Positions 18,141-27,759 of a stretch of 64,000 nt of DNA are shown piece after piece. Source of the DNA: Desulfobacteraceae bacterium (lineage in GTDB: Bacteria; Desulfobacterota; Syntrophobacteria; Syntrophobacterales; Syntrophobacteraceae). The notes beneath the pieces are model-generated. The model was not told the origin of the DNA. It saw nothing but the letters and a program-made list of their open reading frames with translations, and did no database searches. How positions within the stretch are numbered: position 1 is the stretch's first letter; each line of letters opens with the position of its first letter. The DNA lies in the NCBI GenBank assembly GCA_021372055.1, contig JAJFVB010000240.1, positions 505-64,504 on the forward strand. Reading direction: 5' to 3'. Position numbers and translations under genes: made by a program.

Positions 18141-19505
18141 ATGGATCCCAAGCAACTTTTGGAACTTGTCCTGATCGTCCTGATGCTCATCGCGGGCGTT
18201 ATCCTTCCGCGCGGGGTTCTGCCACGGCTTTGCGTGCTCATTGTTCCCTTTTCGCTCAGGACCGGTTTTGGCTATCTCAACGTCTACATCGTCCTGGCAG
18301 TGTCCATCCTCTATCTCGTCCGAAGCAAGCTCTCGGGCCGGAAGATCTCGGTTTCTTTCGGAACTGCGGCCATCCTCGCGGGCATTGTGCTCATGTATTG
18401 CCTGTCATACGTTTTCAATCCGGCATCGCCGCTGCGCCCGGGCGTAATCGTCCGGATATCCCCCGATCTGCAGGCAGTGATCACGATCCTCAGCAATGTG
18501 GCCCTCTTCGCGATGCTGGCAACGGAAATCAGGGAAAAATCCGACATCCTGAGCCTCCTGAGGCTGTTTATCGTCGCTTATGTGCTTTCCTCCATGTCGT
18601 CTATCCTGCAGCTGATAAACCCCAATCAGCTATGGATCTTCGAACACATATCCCACGTCGACCCGGAAGCTTTTCATGAGGACAGGCAGGGTTTGCGGAT
18701 CTCGGGGACTTTGGGGGAATATGAACTCTACGCGGAATATTCCGCCATCGTTGCCGTCATGATTTTCTATCTGATCGTCAATCGCACCGGGTTCAAATCC
18801 ACGGCCCTGATGGGTCTGGCCGGCTATGTGATTTTTCTCATGTTTTTCACCAAGACCCGCGGGGCTGTACTCTCGCTCTCCATTGCTTTCGCGTTCATCG
18901 TTGTGTCGACATACAAGTACAAGATAGACCGGTCAAGGATCTCGAAAATCCTTGCCGTCGGAGTGACTCTGGTCGTTTTGTTCGGGGTATACCGCTGCAC
19001 CAACCCTGGATACAATGTGATAGACCATCTCCTGAAGACCGAATATGACGTAAAGTCAAAAGAATTCGACCGCTACGGGACTTGGGCCTACGGCTGGCAG
19101 GAGCTCCTGAAGGGAGACGCGCTGGCCTTCGGCAGGAGCCCGGGGCTGCAGTCGCAAACGAGGAAGCTCATAATCTATCCTCACAATCTCTACCTCTTTA
19201 TCCCTCTTGCCATAGGCATTCCCGGACTGATCCTGTTCCTGCTCCTGTTTCTAAGGCTCATCGTTACCAGGGTCAGCTATGAGGACAGGGAACTGTCCAG
19301 CCTGATGCTTTTTCTCAAAGCCATCCTGCTGCTTTTCCTGGTCGACCAGTTGAAGATCGAGTTCCCCAGGAACCCGGTCTACGAACACATTGTGTGGTGC
19401 GTCTTCGCTTTCATCTACTCCGTAAACAGCAGAGGCCTGATAGCCGAAACAATGCCCGCGGCGCCTCAGCCGCGCACGGTCCGGCCCCTGCATGCCAATG
19501 CCTGA
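18141..19505 (+). CDS. O-antigen ligase/polymerase-like (Wzy_C domain) polytopic membrane protein
   Basis: Multiple TM helices. TKTRGAVLSL and YPHNLYLFIPLAIGIPGLILF resemble the O-antigen ligase domain. A ligase-like gene of this kind is a regular member of exosortase loci. Confidence 0.8.
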   Translation: MDPKQLLELVLIVLMLIAGVILPRGVLPRLCVLIVPFSLRTGFGYLNVYIVLAVSILYLVRSKLSGRKISVSFGTAAILAGIVLMYCLSYVFNPASPLRPGVIVRISPDLQAVITILSNVALFAMLATEIREKSDILSLLRLFIVAYVLSSMSSILQLINPNQLWIFEHISHVDPEAFHEDRQGLRISGTLGEYELYAEYSAIVAVMIFYLIVNRTGFKSTALMGLAGYVIFLMFFTKTRGAVLSLSIAFAFIVVSTYKYKIDRSRISKILAVGVTLVVLFGVYRCTNPGYNVIDHLLKTEYDVKSKEFDRYGTWAYGWQELLKGDALAFGRSPGLQSQTRKLIIYPHNLYLFIPLAIGIPGLILFLLLFLRLIVTRVSYEDRELSSLMLFLKAILLLFLVDQLKIEFPRNPVYEHIVWCVFAFIYSVNSRGLIAETMPAAPQPRTVRPLHANA

Positions 19506-19514
19506 TACGCATAT

Positions 19515-19590
19515 GTACCAAGGAACGCTTTTGAAAAGCGTGGGGAGCGCGCCACACACCCCCACGCCGCTACGCGGCTCAGTATGAGAC
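19515..19590 (+). repeat. Partial copy (D) of the modular intergenic repeat family, left flank of the GT gene
   Basis: Sequence: gtaccaaggaacgcttttgaaaagcgtggggagcgcgccacacacccccacgccgctacgcgg. Shares the blocks gaacgcttttgaaaagcg and cacacccccacgccgct with the inverted copy at 20741-20826. Shares ccgctacgcgg with the copy at 60385. Confidence 0.8.
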
Positions 19591-19607
19591 AAAATCGGAT
19601 CTTCCTC

Positions 19608-20741
19608 ATGCCTTCGCAAGCTAAGAGCATCTGCTTCGTCGTTCCAAGGATCAGTTGCTTCATGGACGCGAACCCGGCCGCCGGCTCCATCGGGGGAGCC
19701 GAAGTCCAGCAGTTTCATCTCGGGAACTATTTGAGCGGGCATGGCTGGCAGGTTTCGTTTACGGCGCAGGATGCGGGGCAGTTCGCGGGCGGAGTGGAAG
19801 TCCGCCAAAACCGCATCAGGCATATCAAATGCTTCGACGCGGTGAAGGGATCACGCGGGATTTCCGGAATGGTCGCGTGGCTCGCGGGCTTGTGGCGGGC
19901 GATGAGCGCGGCGGACGCAAGCATTTACTATCAGCGGTGCGCGGGCCTGATAACCGGAGTCGTAGCCGCCTTCTGCAAAACCCACGGCAGGAGATTCGTC
20001 TACGCCGGGGCAAACGACTGGAATTTCTTCCCGCCCCGGGATCTCCAACTCCAGGCCCTGCAGGAACGGACCGGATACAGGTATGCCTTGAAGCGGGCAG
20101 ACCTCATCACGGTTCAAAGCCTGACTCAACTCCATCTTCTGAAGAAAAACTGGGGACTTGACGGCACCTTCATACCGAACTGCCTGCCCGAGGGTCCCGG
20201 AAACGAAACCGCTGGCAAACCCGGGAAGTATTTCCTCTGGGTCGGCGGCATGAGGAGGGCGAAAAGGCCGGACAGGCTCGCAGCACTCGCCCGCGCATGC
20301 CCCGATCTGCGTTTTGTCATGATAAGCGGCGGGGCGAAGGATTCGGACGACTATACGGAGAGGATGAATGAACAGATCCGATCCGTCCCGAACATCGACT
20401 GCAGGGGATTTGTTCCCTACCCCGAGACTCATGCCTACTTCGAATCGGCAATAGCCCTTGTGAACACATCGGACTACGAAGGCTTTTCAAATACGTTTCT
20501 TCAGGCGCTAAGAGCGGGCATTCCCATAGTCTCCTATCTCGACCCGGATGGTATTCTCGCGGAAAACTCCATAGGTTTTCCCGTCCGCTCCGACAAGGAA
20601 CTGATCGAAACAATTAGAGAAATCAGCATGATGGATCTTTCGGAACAGTCTGCCGCCTGCCGTGATTTCTTCAAACGGACATACTCGCTCGATGCGGTCG
20701 GTGCGAGGTTCGACGGCCTTTTCTCGTCTCTTCTGCGCTGA
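19608..20741 (+). CDS. Glycosyltransferase, GT4 family
   Basis: ICFVVPRI ... GGAEVQQ N-terminus. C-terminal NTSDYEGFSNTFLQALRAGIP. The ORF-track start 19584 lies inside repeat D, so ATG 19608 is preferred. Confidence 0.8.
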   Translation: MPSQAKSICFVVPRISCFMDANPAAGSIGGAEVQQFHLGNYLSGHGWQVSFTAQDAGQFAGGVEVRQNRIRHIKCFDAVKGSRGISGMVAWLAGLWRAMSAADASIYYQRCAGLITGVVAAFCKTHGRRFVYAGANDWNFFPPRDLQLQALQERTGYRYALKRADLITVQSLTQLHLLKKNWGLDGTFIPNCLPEGPGNETAGKPGKYFLWVGGMRRAKRPDRLAALARACPDLRFVMISGGAKDSDDYTERMNEQIRSVPNIDCRGFVPYPETHAYFESAIALVNTSDYEGFSNTFLQALRAGIPIVSYLDPDGILAENSIGFPVRSDKELIETIREISMMDLSEQSAACRDFFKRTYSLDAVGARFDGLFSSLLR

Positions 20742-20826
20742 CCATACCAGACAAGCGCCAAAATGAGCGGCGTGGGGGTGTGGGGGGGGCAACTCTCCGC
20801 GCTTTTCAAAAGCGTTCTTTAGGTAC
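20741..20826 (-). repeat. Partial copy (E) of the same repeat family, inverted, right flank of the GT gene
   Basis: The reverse complement reads gtacctaaagaacgcttttgaaaagcgcggagagttgccccccccacacccccacgccgctcattttggcgcttgtctggtatggt. It begins at the stop codon of the GT gene. Confidence 0.8.
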
Positions 20827-20855
20827 ATTCTTGAACTCAGCATGAGACAGCTCTA

Positions 20856-21728
20856 ATGAAATTTCTCATACGTGATGACGACACGTGCGCTTTCACACGC
20901 GTTGAGGACTTGGAGAAATGCTACGCGTCCATTCGGCCGCACATCCCGGTGGGCCTTTCGGTGACCCCGTTTAGAATCCCCGGAAAGATCGGCAGCTTCT
21001 CCCGGCCGGGACAGCCGTCGGCGCCCACGCCTCTGGGCGATAACGGCGAACTGGTCTCCTTCCTCAAAGAAGGCATACGGGCGGGTCATTTCAGCATCGC
21101 ACTGCACGGATATTCCCACGTGGTGACCAACCGCAATGGTATCGCCGGTTTCGAGCCCTGGAACAAATACCACGTCGGCCGCGAGTACTACTACGGGACC
21201 GATCTCGTCGAGAAAACCCGCTCCGGCAGGAAGTATCTCTCCGAGTTGTTGCAGTGCCGCATCGACACATTCGTCCCCCCGGGAAACGCGATATCGGAGG
21301 AAGGCATGTCAGCCCTGATCGATCAGAAGCTGAACCTCATCGGCTCAAAGGGACTGGGATTCCGCGCCCTTTTCAGAAAGAAGCCCTACCCTTCTTCCTA
21401 TCCGTATGCGGATTTTTTCGGGAACATACGCCGCCACGGGTTGGCGGTCAGAAAAGAATACCCTTATGTGGCAGATTTCAAGTCCTACAAGGAAGTCGCT
21501 TATTATACCCTTGCTCCGCACTCCACCATCTCATCTCTCAAGGGCAGGATCGACTACGTGCACTCCGTGGATGGAGTGTTCATCCTGAGCACGCACTATC
21601 ATGAGTTCGGCGAGAGGACGGCCTCGGGAGAGCTGATAGCGGACGGACTTCGAGAGCTTCTGGAATACGCGAACCGGAAGAGCAACGTTTCTTTCATCTC
21701 CTACGATACGCTGTGGGGAGGCAAATAG
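20856..21728 (+). CDS. Predicted polysaccharide deacetylase-superfamily protein (DUF2334-like)
   Basis: MKFLIRDDDTCAF and ALHGYSH motifs resemble the metal-binding D-D / H-x-x-x-H arrangement of the deacetylase beta/alpha barrel. Assignment is by motif only. Confidence 0.6.
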   Translation: MKFLIRDDDTCAFTRVEDLEKCYASIRPHIPVGLSVTPFRIPGKIGSFSRPGQPSAPTPLGDNGELVSFLKEGIRAGHFSIALHGYSHVVTNRNGIAGFEPWNKYHVGREYYYGTDLVEKTRSGRKYLSELLQCRIDTFVPPGNAISEEGMSALIDQKLNLIGSKGLGFRALFRKKPYPSSYPYADFFGNIRRHGLAVRKEYPYVADFKSYKEVAYYTLAPHSTISSLKGRIDYVHSVDGVFILSTHYHEFGERTASGELIADGLRELLEYANRKSNVSFISYDTLWGGK

Positions 21729-21731
21729 GCC

Positions 21732-22928
21732 GTGGCGGGCGGATCTCCCAAAATTGTGGTGGCGGCTTTCGGGCATCTCGAACCCGCGGGGGCCGGTGCG
21801 GGTCTTTTCGGATACCACCTATGCGCAAAACTGCATCGAGAATCCCTCCTGCATGATGCCTTCGCGTTCTCCCGGGAGCGACATCTCGCTCCGGAATGGC
21901 CCTGCAGGACGATTCCGAGGAACTTTCAGCGCGTGCTCTGGAGACTCTACGGGATGTCGGGGATGCCCGCGCACGTATTCCGCGGGATTCGGGAACGGAT
22001 CTTCGATCTCTTCTGCATGGCCCGGCTTCGACGGGATGCCGACATTCTCGTCACCTTCCACCCCGTGATCCCGAGAACGCTCAAAAGAGCGAAGGAACTC
22101 GGCATCGCCACCGTACTGATTCCCCTGAATCCCTGCGATTTCGAGATAGCCGACCGCGTGCGCGCGGAACTTGCGAAGTGGAATGTCCGTAGCGATACGG
22201 ACGCATACACGTCCGAATTCCGCCTGAGCACGATGCGAAGATCCTTTGCCTCGCTCGACTGCATGATTGCCACAACGTCCCTTATTCGTGAAACATTCGA
22301 GCGGAAGAGCGTATCGGATGCCCGCATAATGGACGCGGGCTTCCCCCTCTGCTACGACTTTACGCCTGCGGCCGTTCACGCCGGGAACCCGGACGGAGTG
22401 TTCCGGGTCGGCTACATCGGTCATACGGTCTGGCTCAAAGGACTCCAGTATCTTATGGATGCCTGGTCCGGACTCAATCTCCCCGGCTCCGAACTCGTTG
22501 TTGCCGGGAAAATCGCCGGCGGCGTTAGCGAATTCATTCGGGAGCGCCACCCGAATCTTCGAAATGTGAGATTCCTGGGAGACATTACCGCCGTGGCTGA
22601 TTTCATGCGTTCCTGCTCGGTCCTCGTCTGTCCCAGCATTATAGACGGCGTCCCGCTGGTTGCGTTCGAAGCGATGCTGAGCCGAGTGCCCGTGGTGGTG
22701 ACCGAAGGCTGCGGGGCAAAAGACCTGATCGGCGACGGGGTCGAGGGGTTTGTGATCCCGGTCGGGGATTCCGAAGCAATCGCGCGGAAAATCAGATGGT
22801 TCCACGAAAATCCGGAATCCCGCGCCGGAATGGGTGAGAATGCCTTTCTGAAAATGCGGCAATTCAGGATGGACGGACTTACCGACCGGCTCAAGACCGC
22901 ACTCGAAGGCATATTCGCCAAGAAATGA
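21732..22928 (+). CDS. Glycosyltransferase, GT4 family
   Basis: C-terminal VCPSIIDGVPLVAFEAMLSRVPVV and the GxxG region are typical of GT-B/GT4. Stop overlaps the next start (ATGA). Confidence 0.8.
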   Translation: MAGGSPKIVVAAFGHLEPAGAGAGLFGYHLCAKLHRESLLHDAFAFSRERHLAPEWPCRTIPRNFQRVLWRLYGMSGMPAHVFRGIRERIFDLFCMARLRRDADILVTFHPVIPRTLKRAKELGIATVLIPLNPCDFEIADRVRAELAKWNVRSDTDAYTSEFRLSTMRRSFASLDCMIATTSLIRETFERKSVSDARIMDAGFPLCYDFTPAAVHAGNPDGVFRVGYIGHTVWLKGLQYLMDAWSGLNLPGSELVVAGKIAGGVSEFIRERHPNLRNVRFLGDITAVADFMRSCSVLVCPSIIDGVPLVAFEAMLSRVPVVVTEGCGAKDLIGDGVEGFVIPVGDSEAIARKIRWFHENPESRAGMGENAFLKMRQFRMDGLTDRLKTALEGIFAKK

Positions 22929-24454
22929 AGCAAAATATCGTAACGAGCGCACTCTGCCTGCTGGCGAGCCAGTACGGGCTGACCCTCATCGGGTTCGTTT
23001 TTACCGCTTACCTGCTCCGCGAATTGTCGAAGCCGGATTTTGCGGCGATCGTCACGCTCGATATCCTCGCCGGTCTTTTCGTCTTCTCCGATCTGGGCCT
23101 GACCGGCGTTCTGGACCAGCAGGCCCCCTCGGGCTTTCGTGAAGACGGCGACAGGGCACGGTCCTTCGGCCTGATCAAGTGCATGATGTATACCCAGACC
23201 GTGATCGTCCTGATTGTAGGCGCGGTCGCAATTCTGTTTTCCTCCGATATTTCGCTGCTGTTTCTGAAAACCCGGGATTATTCCTGGGTGATAGAATGCT
23301 TCGTCCCGGCCGCAATCGGCTGCACATGGTTTTCCTTTCTTCGCCACGTCGCGCAGGTGAAGGGGAATTTCTTTCTGGTCGCCAGATGGAATTTCATCGC
23401 GGGAGTCGCCCGTCAGGCCCTCACAATCCCCGTCTACCTCCTGCTCGGCTTCCGGCCCTACGTGATCGCAATCGTGGCGGCGACCTTCGTGCCCGTGGCC
23501 GGGATGGCCTACCACCTGCGCGGGGACCTTTTCAACCGTTTTCACTGCGCCCCCATCCTGGCGACCATCAGGTACGGCTTGCCCCTCTACCTGCGAAGCT
23601 TCCTTCGCTACGGCTTCATGGAACTCGACCAGTTCGTCGTCGCCGTCGCGCTTTCTCCCGCGGCCCTTGCCTCCTACAGCGCCACGAGCCGCCTTGCAAG
23701 CCAGATTTACACGATCACGGAATCTTTCCAGGCCCCCATCGGCATCCGCATGTCCTCGCTTCGCTTCGCGCAGATCGAGGAAAAGCGCGCCTTTTTCTCC
23801 AGCGCAAGCCGGTACACCGTCGTCATAATCCTGCCGCTTGCCGCTGTCATGGCCGCCGCAAGCCCATGGCTGATGACCCTCTATGGAGGGGCGAAATATG
23901 CCGACAGCTGGCCCCTGCTTGTGATGCTGGTCATGGCGAATGCCGGCTATGCGCTCTACATGGTCTACTGCAGCGCCGTTTTTGCCTACCAGGCCCCGAA
24001 GGACACTCTTTTGCTCGACGGACTGGTGGGCACGGCCAACTACCTGAGCGCTCCGCTTCTGATCCTTGCGGCCGGCCAGTACGGCATCGCGTGGGGGCGG
24101 ATGCTCGCATTCGGCGTGGGAATCCTTGCAGGCAAACACATCCTGAAAAAACTGCCGGGGATGAAATTCGACAAGAGCGCCCTGCGGCAAATTCTGTTCC
24201 CGCTGGCAGCGGGCCTCCTGCCGGTTGTCCTCGGGCAGGCGCTCTATCCCGTGGCGGCCGCCGTGCCGTTCTACCTTGCCGCGGGAGCTTCCCTGTTCCT
24301 CCTTCTGGCGATGCAAAAGGTCGGCCCGGACGAATGGCGGCAGGCAAGAGAGGTCCTGCCGACCCGAATGGCGCCGCTGCTCGACCGCGCCGAGAGACTG
24401 TTCAGGGATACGATTCCGCGCATCCGCGGATCCTTTACCGGGTCAGGGACCTGA
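22925..24454 (+). CDS. Wzx-like polysaccharide flippase (MOP superfamily)
   Basis: About 12 predicted TM helices. N-terminus NIVTSALCLLASQYGLTLIGFVFTAYLLRELSKPDF is typical of Polysacc_synt proteins. Confidence 0.8.
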   Translation: MKQNIVTSALCLLASQYGLTLIGFVFTAYLLRELSKPDFAAIVTLDILAGLFVFSDLGLTGVLDQQAPSGFREDGDRARSFGLIKCMMYTQTVIVLIVGAVAILFSSDISLLFLKTRDYSWVIECFVPAAIGCTWFSFLRHVAQVKGNFFLVARWNFIAGVARQALTIPVYLLLGFRPYVIAIVAATFVPVAGMAYHLRGDLFNRFHCAPILATIRYGLPLYLRSFLRYGFMELDQFVVAVALSPAALASYSATSRLASQIYTITESFQAPIGIRMSSLRFAQIEEKRAFFSSASRYTVVIILPLAAVMAAASPWLMTLYGGAKYADSWPLLVMLVMANAGYALYMVYCSAVFAYQAPKDTLLLDGLVGTANYLSAPLLILAAGQYGIAWGRMLAFGVGILAGKHILKKLPGMKFDKSALRQILFPLAAGLLPVVLGQALYPVAAAVPFYLAAGASLFLLLAMQKVGPDEWRQAREVLPTRMAPLLDRAERLFRDTIPRIRGSFTGSGT

Positions 24455-24473
24455 TGCGGCGCAAGGGCGTGCC

Positions 24474-25595
24474 ATGAAACCGTTCCGCTTTATCGATTCC
24501 AACCGGTCCAACCGGCTTTTTGAACTTCTGTCCACCCCGGGACTGTTTTCCACGGCGGCAAAGGCCCTGTTGCGCCGCCTCGGAAAAGGCTTTGTCCTGT
24601 TCGGCCACGGTGTGGATTCGCCCATTGACGGCCTCCAAGCGGTAAATGTGCATGCGCAACTGCCCCTGGAGGAGTTTCTCAGGGTGATTTCACTGCTCAA
24701 GGCCCTTGAGTACCGGTTCGCGAGCCTGCAGGAAGTCGAGCGCTACGCTCAAGACATCTCCAAGGCTCCAAGGCACTGGGTGCACCTGAGCTTTGACGAC
24801 GGGTACAGGAACAATCTCATCGTCGCGCGCTACCTCGAAGAGAGCGGGATACCCTGGTCCCTTTTCATCACCACGGACCTGGTGGAACAAAAACGCCGGT
24901 TCGGCGTCTACAAAGTTCGATGCGCGGTTCTGCACACAACCAAAGACATCGAATATCCGGCTTTCGGACAAGCGATCAACGCCGATGCTCCTCCGAACGA
25001 AAGGCTGGCTTTCGCTGAACGCGCCGTAAAGCTTTTGAAATCATCGGACGCGGCGGCGGCCGAGGGGATCGAAGCCTTCTGCGAGTCGCTGCTTGGCGCG
25101 GAGGAATGGACTGCCTGCGATGCAATGTATTCGGCTCACGAGGTGCTTGGCCTCGACGAACTGCGGACTCTGGCCGCGGGAGGCAACGTTGCGGTCGGAG
25201 CGCACGGCCTGACGCATTCCTGTTTGAATGAGGCGGCAACCCCCGAGCGTATCCGGCGCGAAATCGCCGACTCAAAATCCTGGCTCGAGGAAAAACTCGC
25301 AGCCACGGTTACGGCCTTCTCCTACCCGGACGGCCAGTTCACCGAGGGGGCCCAGAAAGCCTGCGAAGCGTCCGGATACAAGATCGCCTTCACAACAAAA
25401 AACGATTTCTTCTGCCATGCGCCGAACAAGCTCGAGGTGGGAAGATTTCCCCTTCCGATGTCGGGGGTTCTGAAAGCCATCTGCCTATCCATTGTTCCAA
25501 GGCCTCTTTGCCGCATAATGAGGTCCGTTTATGCCGGAATTCCGGCCATGCCATGCATGGACGCCAAAGTTGACGGGAAGCGGGTACGGCGATGA
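24474..25595 (+). CDS. Polysaccharide deacetylase (NodB homology domain)
   Basis: HLSFDDGYRNN (D-D motif) and GAHGLTHS (His motif). ATG 24474 lies just after the flippase stop. The upstream part of the 24225 ORF overlaps the flippase and was discarded. Confidence 0.8.
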   Translation: MKPFRFIDSNRSNRLFELLSTPGLFSTAAKALLRRLGKGFVLFGHGVDSPIDGLQAVNVHAQLPLEEFLRVISLLKALEYRFASLQEVERYAQDISKAPRHWVHLSFDDGYRNNLIVARYLEESGIPWSLFITTDLVEQKRRFGVYKVRCAVLHTTKDIEYPAFGQAINADAPPNERLAFAERAVKLLKSSDAAAAEGIEAFCESLLGAEEWTACDAMYSAHEVLGLDELRTLAAGGNVAVGAHGLTHSCLNEAATPERIRREIADSKSWLEEKLAATVTAFSYPDGQFTEGAQKACEASGYKIAFTTKNDFFCHAPNKLEVGRFPLPMSGVLKAICLSIVPRPLCRIMRSVYAGIPAMPCMDAKVDGKRVRR

Positions 25596-26605
25596 AACCC
25601 TCACAGATCAGGGTGATTCTGGACAAGAACACCGACATGGAGCACTTTCTCCAGGTTCTCAAGGATCGGTTCGGATCCGTTCCAATTCACCGCGTGGTCA
25701 TGCCGGACCCATTCAGGAGGGCTTTCCTTTCAAAGTTTCTCAACATCGCCAATATTGCGGTCGGCAGTCTGCGTCTTTTCCTGCATTTTCTGCTTTCGGA
25801 CAACAGAAATTGCCTGTTTGTAACAAGCTCGGTCACCAATACGATTGCCGCTCTGCTGGTCCGCCAGGCACTTTTTCTCAAAAACAGCGTGCTGATCACA
25901 AACTGGTACCTGCACGGTTTGGAATCCCATCCCGCGGTAATACGAATCCTTTCCTTCCTTTTGGACGAAAAGATCACGATCCTGCTCCAAAGCCCGAGGG
26001 AAAAGACACTCTACAAGCTCCGTTATCCGGCTATCAGGACCTTTTTCATCCCCTATTGCCAGGCGCCCGTTCCGCATTCGGGCAAACCCGATGCGAAGCA
26101 GGACTACGTCTTTGCCGGCGGCTATACGAACCGGGATTACGAAACCCTCATTTCCGCCGCGAAAGCGTCGCCGTACAAGTTCGTGATAGCCTGTTCCGCG
26201 CTGAACGCCCTGCCCCCTGTTTCCCCCAATGTAGCCGTGTACAGGGACATCCCCAGGGAGGCTTTCAACAGGCTGATGGCAAATGCCGGCGTGATTGTCC
26301 TCAATCTCAGGGATCAGGTCGGATCGTCCGGCCAGATGGTCGCGCTTGCCGCAATGTCCATGGGGAAGGCCATCGTCTATGCCGATAACGAAGGGATCTC
26401 CTATTACTTCAAGGGGCCGGACTGCGCCGTTCCCTACACCATGCGGGACGCCCGGGATCTCGCGGCAAAGATCGGGGTGCTCATGGAAGACGAACAGATG
26501 CGCAAGAGGCTGGGAGAAAGCGCCAGGCAAAGGCATTCATCCCTCTATGACATGCGGGCCTGCGTCCGGTACCTTCGCGACGCGCTGAACGCCATGATTT
26601 CCTGA
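25592..26605 (+). CDS. Glycosyltransferase (GT-B fold, family uncertain)
   Basis: C-terminal half (DYVFAGGYTNRDYETL ... SSGQMVALAAMSMGKAIV) resembles the GT-B nucleotide-sugar binding domain. ATGA overlap with the upstream gene. Confidence 0.65.
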   Translation: MKPSQIRVILDKNTDMEHFLQVLKDRFGSVPIHRVVMPDPFRRAFLSKFLNIANIAVGSLRLFLHFLLSDNRNCLFVTSSVTNTIAALLVRQALFLKNSVLITNWYLHGLESHPAVIRILSFLLDEKITILLQSPREKTLYKLRYPAIRTFFIPYCQAPVPHSGKPDAKQDYVFAGGYTNRDYETLISAAKASPYKFVIACSALNALPPVSPNVAVYRDIPREAFNRLMANAGVIVLNLRDQVGSSGQMVALAAMSMGKAIVYADNEGISYYFKGPDCAVPYTMRDARDLAAKIGVLMEDEQMRKRLGESARQRHSSLYDMRACVRYLRDALNAMIS

Positions 26606-26619
26606 CCGGGAACGTTCCA

Positions 26620-27759
26620 ATGCTCGTAGTCTATGCAATCGATTCTCTCCGATCCGGAGGCAAGGAGAGGCAGCTTCTCGAACTCATACGGGGCGTTTCG
26701 GCCTCGGACCGGATATCCCACAAGCTCGTCGTGTTTTCCCGTGAGGCCGATTTCCCCGTTCCGACCCCGAGCAGCGATATCCACTACATCATACGCAAAT
26801 TCAAAAAAGATCCGTCCGTGCTCCTGCCCCTGTTCAAACTGCTCCGGCGCTGCAGGCCCGACGTACTCCACTCCTGGAGCACGATGACCTCCGTCTACTG
26901 CGCACCACTCGCCAAAATGCTCGGAATCAAGTTCGTGAACGGCATGATCCGCGACGTCCGAACGGATTTCAAGCCCTTCAGCGAGTTCTACCTCCGCGGG
27001 AAATTCACATTCCCCTTTTCCGACGCCATCGTATCGAACACCTTTGCCGGGCTCAGAGCGTGCGGACTGGACGACGCGAGGGCGCATTGCATCCACAACG
27101 GATTCGACTTCTCGCGCATCGATTCGGTTGAAGACCCGAACCGGCTCCGGAAGCGGTATCGCATGGATTCCACCACCGTCGCCGTGGGAATGGTCGCTAC
27201 ATTTTCCCGGTACAGGGATTGGGAAACCTATATCAGATCCGCCGAAGACGTGCTTGAAAGCGGCAGGAAGGTTGTATTCTTCTGCGTGGGCGGGGGGCCC
27301 ATGCTCGAATCCTGCAAAGCTCTTGTTCGCCCCGAATTCCGGGGCTTTATCGTCTTTACCGGGCACCAGCCCCGCGTGGAAGACTTCGTCAATATGCTCG
27401 ATATCGGCGTGCTGCTCACGAACACGAACCATCTCCACGAGGGCCTTTCGAATTCCCTGATGGAGTTCATGGCGCTCGAAAAGCCGGTGATAGCCACGGA
27501 CTGCGGCGGCAACAGGGAACTGATCGCGCCCGGACGCTCCGGATTTCTCGTCCGGCCTTTCGACCGGAAGGGCCTCGCTTCGGGAATCGCTTCTCTGGTC
27601 GAGGATGCCGGCTTGCGCAAAACCATGGGGCAGGCGGGCAAAGAGATCATCAAAGAAAACTTTTCCCTTGGAAAAATGACCGATTCCTATCTGCGGCTCT
27701 ATGAGTCGCTCCTGGAGAACAGCGAGGAAAGCCCCGCCGGGAGGCCGAGACGGGCATGA
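26620..27759 (+). CDS. Glycosyltransferase, GT4 family
   Basis: MLVVYAIDSLRSGGKERQLLEL N-terminus. EGLSNSLMEFMALEKPVIATDCGGNRELI C-terminal motif. Confidence 0.85.
   Translation: MLVVYAIDSLRSGGKERQLLELIRGVSASDRISHKLVVFSREADFPVPTPSSDIHYIIRKFKKDPSVLLPLFKLLRRCRPDVLHSWSTMTSVYCAPLAKMLGIKFVNGMIRDVRTDFKPFSEFYLRGKFTFPFSDAIVSNTFAGLRACGLDDARAHCIHNGFDFSRIDSVEDPNRLRKRYRMDSTTVAVGMVATFSRYRDWETYIRSAEDVLESGRKVVFFCVGGGPMLESCKALVRPEFRGFIVFTGHQPRVEDFVNMLDIGVLLTNTNHLHEGLSNSLMEFMALEKPVIATDCGGNRELIAPGRSGFLVRPFDRKGLASGIASLVEDAGLRKTMGQAGKEIIKENFSLGKMTDSYLRLYESLLENSEESPAGRPRRA

Noticed and set aside
22421-24316. 631-aa ORF on the minus strand
   Set aside because: Antisense to the GT4 and flippase genes. Its product is a charged, Arg/Gly-rich sequence without domains.
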